Shown piece by piece: positions 12,575-24,500 of a stretch of 64,000 nt of DNA. Origin of the DNA: Paraphysomonas bandaiensis (lineage: Eukaryota; Protista; Chrysophyceae); the NCBI GenBank assembly GCA_965644295.1, contig CBFFRP010000355.1, forward strand, positions 57,405-121,404. Direction: 5' to 3'. The stretch's first letter is position 1. Each line of letters starts with the position of its first letter. Under the pieces are notes generated by a model, which saw only the letters and a list, made by a program, of their open reading frames with translations, did no database searches and was not told the origin of the DNA. Both the position numbers and the translations under genes were made by a program.

Positions 12575-13333
12575 CTACTGCACAATAGCTAATATCTTCT
12601 CAACATTTGTCTTGATGGTAGCGTTTTCTTTATGAAACTTTAATGCCATTCCAACAACTTCATCTAGGCCGCCGTGAAGTTCACATGCGGCGCGAAATAT
12701 TTCTCTGTTCGCTTCTTGTTCGAGTATGTCGACAACACTTCGCAAGTACTTGGCGATTGTCTCTTCTTCAGTCAGGCTTCTCTTCATGGACTCTATTAAA
12801 CTGTTCATGGATGCCTCATCAAGCTCGCAAAATTCTGAAAATGCCCTGCAATGAGCAGGGCCTTCGTCCAATAGACATATCATCAATTCTAATATTTTAT
12901 TTATTCTGATATCTTCAGCATCCTCGTCCTCATCCTCAGACTCATCTTCATCTTCCTCTTCTTCAACAGAAAGAAGTATGGTTAGCACCTTAAATAGATT
13001 CATTGCCTCGCACAAACGCCATGTGCCCTGTTGAACATGTTTCTGGTTTCGGCTGTCGAGTAGAGCCTGTTTAATGGACCCCATTGCAAAGCAACAATTT
13101 ACAAATGTTTCCGATCCCTTTGATGCCCTTTCGACAGTATTCAAGCTCTCTTGAAGTCGCTGCTTCATTAGAAACTCTTCGTCATTTAAGTATACAAATA
13201 ATCCTGATGTGTTGTACTCAGTGTCTTCTATCATCTGCATCACATCTTCTACCGCCTCACTGGTGCTCATGCCTTCATCCTTGGACTCAGACACTAGCTT
13301 ATCAAAATCTGATTGCTTGATAATCACACTCAT
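12575..13333 (-). CDS. Acidic helical protein; N-terminus resembles the ARMC6-type N-terminal motif
   Basis: Open frame from ATG 13333 (MSVIIKQSDFDKLVSE..MSTSEAVEDV), acidic tract EEEEDEDESEDEDED. Family call is by eye only. Confidence 0.55.
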   Translation of the reverse strand: MSVIIKQSDFDKLVSESKDEGMSTSEAVEDVMQMIEDTEYNTSGLFVYLNDEEFLMKQRLQESLNTVERASKGSETFVNCCFAMGSIKQALLDSRNQKHVQQGTWRLCEAMNLFKVLTILLSVEEEEDEDESEDEDEDAEDIRINKILELMICLLDEGPAHCRAFSEFCELDEASMNSLIESMKRSLTEEETIAKYLRSVVDILEQEANREIFRAACELHGGLDEVVGMALKFHKENATIKTNVEKILAIVQ

Positions 13334-13569
13334 AGTTCTACTCTCAGAAGGTATCAGGAATGAGCTCTCTGTGTAGATGGCTGTTATTGTTGTATGAGGC
13401 AACAGCACAGCACAGCACATATGTGCTGCAGTGTTGTACTCTTCCACTTCTAGCCAATGAAATTATACTGAGGCCAGATGCTCTCATCCAATCGGCTGCG
13501 GTATACAGTAGTTCAACTACGTATACCATGAAATACAGAGTACAGTACTTTGATACGTCAACCCGATGA

Positions 13570-13602
13570 ACTACGATACGTAGGAATTCCTAGTATCGTA
13601 GT
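13570..13602. promoter_or_regulatory. Near-perfect 33-bp palindrome in a divergent intergenic region
   Basis: ACTACGATAC-G-TAGGAATTCCTA-GTATCGTAGT; the core TAGGAATTCCTA recurs at 1670-1681 upstream of the sulfotransferase. Regulatory role is inferred. Confidence 0.4.
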
Positions 13603-13814
13603 ACTGTATACCAAATACCATATATATACTGCTGTACGTCTACAATACCAGCCAGCATCTGGATATCCATGCACAATCTATCTATGCATGTATGTATCCA
13701 CTTCCCTGTGAGCGTAATCTGCTTCCATGTTCCCCCCCATCTTCATATTAATAGCAACCCCTGACTTCAATTAATCCTCATATCGTTACTATCCTCATCT
13801 CTTATACAGTTCTA

Positions 13815-15900
13815 ATGGACGATAAGATTCATTCAAGTCGACCCGCATCCAAAGAAGAAAAAGAAGTACGATTACGTGAATTATGCGAAAGAAAAGAAGA
13901 CAAGCCGAGCTTCCTGTTCGATGCACTCGTACCACAGTTTCATTTTAGTACTTTTGTGGAGCAATTTTTTATGAATCTGATCCCCCCCCTACTATGGCCG
14001 TACTTCATATATAAGTATGGCTTCGGGTTCATATATTCTCAGCACTACGCTCTTACTACTCCTAATGTACGGATATACCATAAGCCTCATATGTATATAA
14101 TGACAGGCATATACAGGGGTGGTTAACGTTAGTTATCCAGACGAGTGCTTATATAGTGGTGATATCTTCTTTCTTCGCAACAGAAGATACGAGATGGAGA
14201 ATGCCAGCAACTGCCTTCTTGTTAGTCGTTCACCGCTCAATGATAGCTCTAAAGTACGCCTCTCTCAGTCCAACAGAATACCGGTACTGATTACACGTAT
14301 ATATGTATACAGAGATGTGCATATGACTGTATGTGTATGTGTATACATGTGTATGTGTATACATGTGTATGCGGTGGGAGGTATGCGTACATGATATCAC
14401 TGTAATATACAGGCGGATGATGACAGTCGACGAAGAATGTAGCGCTCCATTTAATGGTTGGCGGATTCCAACTAAGAAACAAATCACAGCTTTTCTTGGG
14501 TATCAGGATCAGTTACAGCTCATCACCAGCTGGCTATCTTGGTCGGATATGATGATTGAATTTGAGGTTTTGGCCGCAGCGACAGCACACAACATTGACA
14601 TATGGAATACTTATTTTGTGGCTAAATCACCAGAGAGTGGAGAACATGATAGTATTCAGTATGAAAGGTGGAAACTATTTCTGGATCGTAGTTTGCCTGG
14701 TTTAAAGCAACCTGACGGATCGATACGTATCAGCGTGAAGGATGTAATATTTGCAATTCTATCAGCCACAAAAAAAGATTCTTCTTCAAAACACACTGTG
14801 CTCATATTAATTCCTATTTTCTCCGTGTTAAATGTATCTATTCCTTTGTATTTAAGTGGTCCGTTTAGTTCGTTGTCTACTTGGGGAATAGTATTTACAC
14901 TTACGTCAACATTTATCAGCTTCATTTATTTTGCAGTGTTGCAAATTCTCATGTACGTGGTTTTTCTAGATGTATACCGCCGGTACAAGTTTGCATATTT
15001 GCTTGGCCTTCTTATTCGTGAAGCTGACGTGGACTGCAATATTAAATATCACCTTACTTCGTCAATCAACAACACTGTCCAAACGAAGTTTGACACCAGA
15101 CGGAAATCGTTTATGTTTTTTCCGGGTATTGATGGCCGCAGGCACGCAATAACTCCAGTGTCGTCTACTACAAGTTCTGAGTTTCTTGCCCGCAAACTCG
15201 ATACTATCTACGGACTTAACGTGCCGCAGCTTAGCATGGATGATCCGCATAACTCAGTAGCGTGGTTACTCTGCAGACGAGTTCTCGTTAGATTCGGTAC
15301 AAGAATCAAATTCAGATTAGATATCTACATCGGTACAGTGATTGCAACTCCGTCCAGTTAATGATGTAATAAATCGCATGTGTATAGGTATCTTGGGTAT
15401 TTTGTCAGTTGGTCTATTGCTCATGTTATCTTACAAAATGGGAATCGAAGAATCGTCAGATATAATATACACAAGTTTTTTTCCTCAAACTGTGTTATGG
15501 ATAGTGGTACTCATCCTTGAACAAATTGTTGTTGTCTACACAGGTGGCATGGTCAATGAAAAAATGGCAGAACAAAGGTCAGAATTAGTGTAGTTTCAGA
15601 TCAAATCTTATGTTATGCAGGGTTGCGATTGACTCTCACATCATACAACTTCTGCACAAGAATACGTTTCGAGTCTTCGAAAGTGACCCTGAGAAGTCCT
15701 GCAGTAAAGTGATATCTGACTGTGTCGCAAATGCAGAAGCGGTCCGGGAAGCGATGACTGACGAAGATACATCTCACCCTGTTCGAGTACTGGGTATAAT
15801 ATGTGAAAAGGAAAGGGCATTTGCAATGCTGTCATCGTTTACGGTATATATGATATTTGTACTGCAATATACAGTAAATGGAGAACAAATAGAGCAGTAG
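13815..15900 (+). CDS. Multi-pass membrane protein of unknown function, multi-exon
   Basis: Consecutive plus-strand ORFs with several hydrophobic helices separated by short GT-AG introns; one intron (about 14300-14410) carries a TATG/TG-rich low-complexity tract. Confidence 0.65.
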
Positions 15901-16505
15901 TCTTGATGCTGCTTTATTGAATACGACCCCTGTACCCAATATTCTCTGTATTCCACACCATAGTGTGGAGCAGGTGGTGACACATATAACATCGTATCAT
16001 TTTTGTTTTGCTTTTGTGTTAAAGCCGAGGTAATACCAAAACCTGGTAAATATTGTCCATCATGCACCAGTAAAGTTATAGCATATTAATGTGACATTAC
16101 ATGCTTAAAATAAAACTTATGTTTATTGAAAGTCTTATTATTAGCAATAGGCGTTAAAAACCTGCACCAACTTAGTAGCTAGATGAATGCTAGACGAACT
16201 AGTTAGACCTCTACCTGTAACTAATCAGTACATCAGTACAAACTTTTCTATCCTACTATTTAACGCTATGAGAGCTGCTTGTGCGTCGCCGCAAGCACCA
16301 AGGTGTGACCACTTCCGCTCTGAGTTCTTAAGGTGAACATCCCGGATGCTTGACTTCAGCAGGCAGCCCAATATACCTCGGTTATTACCCATCAGGTGGG
16401 CCCTGTCCCGGATGCCCTTGAGGTGGGCCCATTCCCGGATACATGTTTATTCGTCAAGGCTCAAAGACGTCTACACAAGTGACACTTATTGGTGTCCCTT
16501 GTACC

Positions 16506-16605
16506 ACACAAGCATTCCGCTATGAGTGGGCAGAGGAGTATCTGTTGACTATGTTTGCGGCTCACGTTAGTTTCCCAGAGAGAATCTCTCCGGTACTTAT
16601 ACCCC
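16506..16605 (+). repeat. Dispersed repeat copy A
   Basis: CAAGCATTCCGCTATGAGTGGGCAGA..GCGGCTCACGTTAGTTTCCCAGAGAGAATCTCTCCGGTACTTATACCCC matches the reverse complement of 51083-51181 with scattered mismatches. Confidence 0.8.
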
Positions 16606-17396
16606 AGAACACCACGAAAAGGTGAGAGTCCGACTTTGTTGAGGGATAAACTTATGAATACCTTAATTGTTAATATTCATTTTTATAATTTCACTGTATA
16701 TAAATATATTTATGCAAAGAGTTGGCTGTCTGATTCTATAATGATCACTTTAGCTGTTTTAGGTAGAGCTCTAGATTTTCAATTCTATTTTCAAATTTAG
16801 ATTATTTATTTTGAGGCACACTTTCTTTTTGATATATGTTATGTTTAATAAATCTTTTGATACTACAAAGTTCAGAAATAACCTCATCGTAAATCCGAAT
16901 GTATGAATGTATGAGTCGCGCACATATTCAACTACAGAGTACAGAGAGTACTGAATTTATGGCTGCAACATCTTCAGTTTCTTTGTTTCGCATTCTATTG
17001 GATATATGGTGATAACGTAGAACACTGCAGTGCTTAGTTTTTTAATACAATATAGATCTTACTATTTATCTTACTATTCAACTTAATGGCTATTTCAAGT
17101 TTTCAGTAGTTGTTTGAGTTAAATGACTGTGCTGAATGAAAATAGTAGTGACCGCCAAGTTTAGCAAACAATGAATGGCGTAGAGCCAATAAGCCCAGAA
17201 ACTGGAATATACATAACCATAAGGCTGCTTAAGAGTATGTACATGTGAGGAGGCATTATTAAGGTTTATAACTCTGCACAACTCTGATCACGACATACAT
17301 AATATACACTATGATGCATGATATACAGTATGATAAACATTGAATGCAGTAACTTTAATTCCACCAAACTGTGTGACTTAATACAACAAATACGCC

Positions 17397-19289
17397 TCAT
17401 GTCTTCTTGCACTGTTTCTTATGGAATTTCCAATGCAACTTCTGGCAGTTCGAGCTATGTATATAATTAACTATTTAATACATTTACACTATCAGCAACT
17501 CACTAACCTGCAGTAGCAAACTACTTTGCATCGACTACATCTCAGCGTAGCAAACCCCTTAGCGGCTCCACACCACACGCACACGCCCAGTGACATTCGC
17601 TCCTGAGTGCCCTTGTCTATTTCCGCATTCAGTGCAGATAAAATAATAGTACGGCAGTTGTATTGTTCGTACATTTCAGCCGCTCTGGTTTTCAGAAAAT
17701 CCATATCCTGTACTTCAGGTATACTGCACACCTGCCGGAAAAAAACTTCCAGGACACTCCTCTCAGACATAGACATCAACTTTACGATGAAGTCTTTTTC
17801 ATTGCACTTTATTCCACTCTGGAAATATTCAACTTGAGAGCCACAGCTGAATTCAACCAAAGTTTTCAAGGCCTCCAGTCCCGATAATAATGTCGATTGG
17901 CACTCACATGTCTGATTGCGAGTTAACCTTTCGAACTCTTCTGTAGTTGCGACTACACACAAGCAAAAGTGAAACAATTGAGTGACCACAGTGCAAGGGC
18001 TGTGTAACAGCTGCTCCATAGAGACTGTAGTCTCATATGGAACAGGGTTCGAGTGATAAAAATATTTCTTTTTCCTCTCTATCAATGCTTCCATCGAGTT
18101 CCGCGAGATACATCTAGAGTCAACAGTGCTCGATAGATTATCTTTGAGCTTCTGGTCAAGGAAGGTATGAAGGCGCAACGCTACAGTATTTCGCGGATTT
18201 CGGAGAATTATCTCAGGATCACAAGGGAGATAGCCGTAGGATAACAAATACTCGGTGCTACTGCACGTTCCACAGTATTGAAGAAACAATTCATCACCAG
18301 CACAGATACTTTTAGTAGTAATTATCGTTAACATAGGGCTTTGTGGAGCGGGATCAGTACTGGAACATGATTTGTTAACTTCGTCCTTCATATCGAAAAC
18401 CTCAAGCGCAACATTGGCTGATAATTCATAGGCTGTACCGTTAATCATATCCACTAATGGTAAAAGCATACTGCCTTTATTACATGAACTACTACACTCA
18501 AATGTTCGGGACATTACGATAGAAACCAAGTATCGAAACTTGAAGAGATCTATAATACTTTCCAACGCAGGTACCCCTAAGAGTAAAGAAAAAAATAGAT
18601 CAAATCAATATGCAATGGCGCTACATTAACATTGCATAATACTGAGGCGGTGTACCTGTGTCCATTGCCAATCCTCCTCCGAATTCACCTATATGACTTT
18701 CGATAAACGGTACTACGACATCACTGAATACGGCATCGATATACTTCTTCGTAGACTCCACCACACCAAACACAGAAGTTCCCATCAACTTTTTATAATC
18801 CTCCACTGCCCAATCAAATAACACACTTCCTGGTGTTGATGGCATTGAATTCCAGTAGTAGTCGAAACACTGAACGTTTAGACTACGCTGAGAGGGAATG
18901 GTCGACTTCAACTTCTGGTGTAACCCAACAATACATAGTACAAGAATCAGCTTGTCGATAGTCAGTAGTGATGAAGCACATCCGACGGTGTCCTTGTGCT
19001 GTTGTCTATTATAAGCAGTAAATCTCCTTCTCAGATCACGCCATAACATGTTTGCATCACCATCAGCAGAACGAAACTCATCATAGAGCATAGACGAGTC
19101 AAACGCACACGATGCAGGCATGAAAATTACCCGTGTATTGGCTGGAATAAATCTATTCGCTAAGCATCTGGTGTTTCCTTCAGTGACTGTGAATCTTATG
19201 GATCCACTGCTGTATACTCCGAAATACAGACGACAGAAATTAATCAGCTCATTAACAGCTTGTTCTCGAGTGCAATTAACTGCAGTCAT
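17397..19289 (-). CDS. SET-domain (SETD3/Rubisco-LSMT-like) methyltransferase with C-terminal MYND zinc finger
   Basis: LLPLVDMING, ICAGDELFLQY, YLLSYGY SET motifs; CVWC..CSRCKVVCYC|SSNCQKLHWKFHKKQC MYND completed across a short intron; stop at 17397-17399. Confidence 0.85.
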
Positions 19290-19429
19290 GTTGCGTGGAT
19301 GTTTGGTTATATGGTTACTTGGTGCGTTTATATATATATACATGTATGTGGCGAAGTCAATCGATGTCCACGCCAGTGTACGTACCCTTCTGTATACATC
19401 CTATACTGCATACTAATAATGTGCAGCAG

Positions 19430-19441
19430 TACATACATACG

Positions 19442-19473
<32 letters not shown>

Positions 19474-19495
19474 CAGCAGTACATACATACGTACA
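19430..19495. repeat. (TACA)n microsatellite
   Basis: Tandem TACATACATACA run in the divergent intergenic region. Confidence 0.85.
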
Positions 19496-19665
19496 GTATT
19501 CTTCGTATACTGCTGTACGTCGTACTCCGTACTTGTGTGGTATCCAACATTCTGCCTGCAGTCTACAGGCATGTTCTTCCTCATATCTTGGGTAGATTGC
19601 CTGTCATAATTGGAGACTGCTATTCCATATTATTACCGCACCACTGCACATTTATTTTCTTTGTA

Positions 19666-20271
19666 ATGCCGTTCTTCACTGGTCTATATCCAACTGTAGC
19701 CCTAAGTGATACAGCTACTGTTCTCGGTCATTTAATTGCATCCAAGCTCTGCTATGACAATGGAATGATAAATTCATGTCTTGGGTTCCTTTCTGTTGCA
19801 ATTGCTGCGCTTATTGGCGTTTACCGGTTCGGCTTTAATGAAAGTTACGCCCAGGCTAATGCTGATATGGCGGATATAGCCGCTTTCATTGGCCTTCCCC
19901 TCATTGGGTTTGACTATATGCGTACTCGAATTCCGTCGACGAAATCTTTCACAAGTGCAGTAAACATTCAAACGTATATAGTTAGTTTGGTTGTATTGGA
20001 AGCTGTCACAAGGTCTATGCGTAAAGACATGCGCGAGTTAGTAAAAACGGTGACTAATGTGATACTCTTCGCTTTACCAGTGGCATATGCCTCGTTGCGT
20101 GTGCATGACTGGCAGACATTGACAGGCATTGTTTTATTCGTGGTGGCTGCTGTAGTAATCACGCCAGATCGCCACAAGTATCTCTTGGGGGTGCGTTGTG
20201 AGAATTGGTTTCACTATATTATCTCCGTAACTGCCATCATGATTTCTCGTGGTCTCGTACCACGGCTGTAA
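19666..20271 (+). CDS. Small multi-pass membrane protein (about 200 aa), unknown function
   Basis: ATG 19666 (MPFFTG); six to seven hydrophobic segments; GVYRFG and ENWFHY motifs. Confidence 0.65.
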   Translation: MPFFTGLYPTVALSDTATVLGHLIASKLCYDNGMINSCLGFLSVAIAALIGVYRFGFNESYAQANADMADIAAFIGLPLIGFDYMRTRIPSTKSFTSAVNIQTYIVSLVVLEAVTRSMRKDMRELVKTVTNVILFALPVAYASLRVHDWQTLTGIVLFVVAAVVITPDRHKYLLGVRCENWFHYIISVTAIMISRGLVPRL

Positions 20272-21547
20272 GAGATGAATTCACATATGTAGGCATTACG
20301 TCACTGAGAATTTATGCTTACTTGAAATTTAATAATAACTTAATTGAGGAAATATTTCTACATCGACCATGACATATGGAGAGCGTGTTAAATATGTGAA
20401 CACACACAGATACCTATGTATTCAACAACCTACGATAAGTATTCAGAGGTACGACGTAACACTGGTTTATGTCATTACGCTGTTGGAAAACTCAAAGCTA
20501 ACTCTTTAATCATAATAGAGCTTTCCAATGATATAAATACAATCCTCTTGCGATAAATTTAGTATTCAAATTATAGAATTGATACTGGACGTATTATGAT
20601 TTCAACACATGTATGAACGTATGAACAGAGACGTATAGTTTTCAAAATGTAGGTTAAAGTAATTCATACTTTTATAATACTCTGTAAACACTAGCTGGTA
20701 TCCATAAAGTGACAGAACATTCCACGATAGCAAGCACACGCCATCTACAACCTTTGGCATCAAATCAATCCAGCATCTTTGACCACAAAATACTCGCATT
20801 TGGTTTCTCGCAGCGGTCACATATATTGAGCACGTTAGTGTTCTCGATCATGGAGATTCGATAGGTAACCAATTTACTTTATATTATTCTGAAACACATA
20901 TATAAGAAGGTCCTAAGCATCGACTACTATGCAAAAACTGAAGAGACAACAAGTATAGAATACTAAAATCTCTGACGTTATAAGTTCCAGTTGCTATTCT
21001 GCTTATTTTTCAATGTGTTAAGGACCCCTACATTGGGTGGCCTCAACTTTCCGATGGAGAATGATGCATGTCACGTCATACACTGCAATGGCATAATACA
21101 CAAGCTGTATATAATAATAGCGATGACTTCAAGGATACTTATATTGTTGTTCCTTTATCACTAATATAACTTGAGTTATAATATTCATCGTGATGTTATT
21201 CAGCAGTATCTACTCACGATCTTAGAGAACTTAACTCGGTTCATATCTCCACCACAATATCCATGATGGATATGGCTGCATGTCCTGCTGTTAACGTAAT
21301 TGTAGGACCACTGCAGCATTTTTTTGTAATTTCGTTTGTATTTTTACACCAACTTTTTTGTCCGTTGGCTGCTACAGCAACTCTCATAGAGATCACTGCC
21401 AATTTTTCATTGGTGCTTTCCCCAATCCTTCTCCACAACTGACTTTTGTGAAGTGTGAAGTGATGTGCTAGTATGCTAGTATGCATATATGACCCTCATT
21501 ATCTTACAGTGATGATGATATAAACTACTATCAGCGAACCATTAAGC

Positions 21548-24500
21548 ATGATGAGACTCACTGCTATATTTATTCTATTGCCGAGTTTATTTGGCGTGTG
21601 TTTGGCTGAGAAGATCTTTACTCAGCAATTGAACCCAGTGATAACCAATATAAACCCATGGTACAGTGGGATTGATGGTGGAACCCAGATAACCATATCT
21701 GGGGCTAATCTAGGATCATCAGTGCTGTTTACTGAGACAGTTGTGTTCATTGGAAACGAAAAGTGTGATGTAATTAGTCATTTTTCTGGGATGGAGAAGA
21801 TTGTGTGTATCACTCCGAAATGCTACACAGAAACATGCCGAAATGGGAATATATGGTCTGGAGCTAGTACTGTGGAGCTCAGTGTCTATGTATCTTCTGT
21901 GGAGGGCATATTAACAACATCATCTGTTTTTTATTATTACAACTACTATACTCCCTATGTGTACATGATGCACTCCTCCACATGGGGCAGTGCGACTTCC
22001 GTCGTGCATGCCAGAGCGCGAGTATTTGAACTAAGTGATGTAGACATTGTTATTGGGGACGGATATCACGGTTACCTTGGAACTGCGGGAGAGTTAAATT
22101 ATGATGAGTTACCGTATTCATCAAATGACCACTACTTATACTACCGCCCGCCTTCAGATATTTCAGGAGGATTCCATAATCTTTCCCTTTACTTTCAAGA
22201 CGACCTAAAGGACGGAAATCCATCTTTAGGTGTGGCCAATATGTTTGAAAACGATCGATATGACACTTCTAAGTACGGTAACTTCTATCTCTTTCAGTCT
22301 ACACCACAGGGCACATCATATTCTCTGTGTGTATTTCCTTCGATTGCGTCCGTCAGTCCCCATTTTGGGAGTATTGGTGGTGGCACAATTGTAACTATTG
22401 AAGGGACAGGTTTCTCGAAGGATAGCAGTGAACTTGAGGTCTTTGTTAGCGGGCAACCTTGTCACGTGGTCGCCTCTGATGTCCATACTATCCAGTGTAT
22501 GACCTCTCCTCGCTTCAACCAGACTTTCCTTTATTCTCTAACAGGCGGGGATACATTCACTCTTCCGGAATATTTGGAGCAGAATGAAATCTTCCCCTCT
22601 TCCCGGAAGTATGGATCGCCCGGATGGTGGGTGAAAACATGGAACTATGACAGTTATTACGCTGGGTACAGTGGGTTGGACGCTCATATTGAGTTGGCGT
22701 TCGGGTGGAGGCAGGGAGCGTACATGTCATTCTATGATCACGTCTTTGAGGGTTATTCTTGGCCTGATACCATTGGCTTTTCCACTTCATATGAGGTCTA
22801 TGCTAAAGATGCTGGAGCTGTGTTCATTGCGCCATATGCCGGCCACTACACTTTTTTTGTCGCCTCTGACGACCAGGGATACCTTTACGCTTCCTCCTCA
22901 GGGATGGAGATAGACGAAATTCTTATTGCTTACAACTCTCGACATTCAAGCTCATATAAATTTCATCGTGATCCCTCCAAACAGATATCGGAACCTATCC
23001 CTCTAGGCAAAGGAGAGAGACTTTATTTGCGATTTCGACATGTGGGTTTTCCTCATAGCGCTTTTATCACTAACCTGTGATTTATCTAGGTGAATACATA
23101 TGGATATGATTTTTCTCTGCTGGCTGTAAAGATTTCCCCAGCTTATGACTGCGATGGGGCGCTGATGAGCCACTGGGAACCTGGTAGCAATATCACAGTG
23201 TCGTGCGAAGGAAATGCTGTGGCCCCACACGTGCTGGAAGCGAACTTCCCTGACCGCCTGATCCAACTACATTCGACGCCAGAAGTGCAGGAAATTCACT
23301 TGGACTTTGAATTTCATCGTGAGAGACAGGTTTATTAGTTCTTTCTGTTTTTTAGCGCTAATGTGTGATACAGCTAATTAATATTACCGGTGCCTCCTCT
23401 GGAGATTTCTTACTAGTTGTACAAGGGCGACAATTGACGGAATACCTGTCAATGGATTCTAGTGCAAGCACAATTCGAAACGCACTGAACGCAGCCACGC
23501 AATCGATTAGTAGCTCTATACGTGAAACTTATAGCTTTCTTGTGTGGACGGAAAGAAGAGACACAAGTTTAGAAATATACGTGGAATTTTCGGTGGACAA
23601 TACATCACCACTGACGTTGCTACAGATTTATCCCGTGTCACTCGTTGGTATGTTATGTCATCTTAACTGACACTCCATAGTTATACGTATTTACCAGGAA
23701 GTAATCCCCATACTTCAGTTACAAGAATTCAAGAGCATACTCCTTTTCCCTCAGATAGTTTCGAAATATTATTCGGAGATGGTTCTGATAGCTCGGGGCC
23801 CATTATACCTTGGGATTCGTGGATATCCACTGTGGAGTCCAACATAGAAGGCTACTTCGACGATAACAGATACAACGTATGGCATATGTATGTATATACA
23901 TTCGTAACATCACTATATACTAGGTGGAAGTTACTCGCAGTGGTTGGTCGCTGACGGGTTATGTGTGGACAGTTAGTTTTATCACCCCGCGAGGTGATGT
24001 GCCTCAGATGAGAGTTGATGTATCAGGCATCAGTGGACCAAATGTAACAGGATATGTAACTACTCAGTCCAACGGAAGTACCAGTGAACTCTGGTTTGAG
24101 CCGATCCCCTCTTGGATGACAGAAGTACCTGTAGAGTGGGCGACTGCGGGAAAAGTCCAGAGTAATGTGGAAGTGTATCGGCGCAGTGCTGGTGGAGATA
24201 TTGTAAAGGCGGTTTGTGATGGTTCTGGTTATCGAGGAAGTGGATTTGAGGGGATGATTAAAGGAGGAGAAGCGGACTGTGCTTTTTCATACAACTCGAA
24301 TGCTACTGCAGTTGTGTCAAACTACTCGATTTTATCATATGTTGACGCTCAGACTGTGGAAGTTGGAATATTTGGTCACGGCTTTCTCAAGCAGGAACCC
24401 AACTCAACTATCACGGTTGCTATCGCTGGCAAGGTTTGCAACATAACGCTGGCATCGGATGAAAAAATAATCTGCAGAATTAAAAATGTTCCATGGGGAA

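Noticed and set aside
20602-21486. Two short minus-strand ORFs upstream of the fibrocystin-like gene
   Set aside because: No motifs or convincing splice chain; may be remnants but unsupported.
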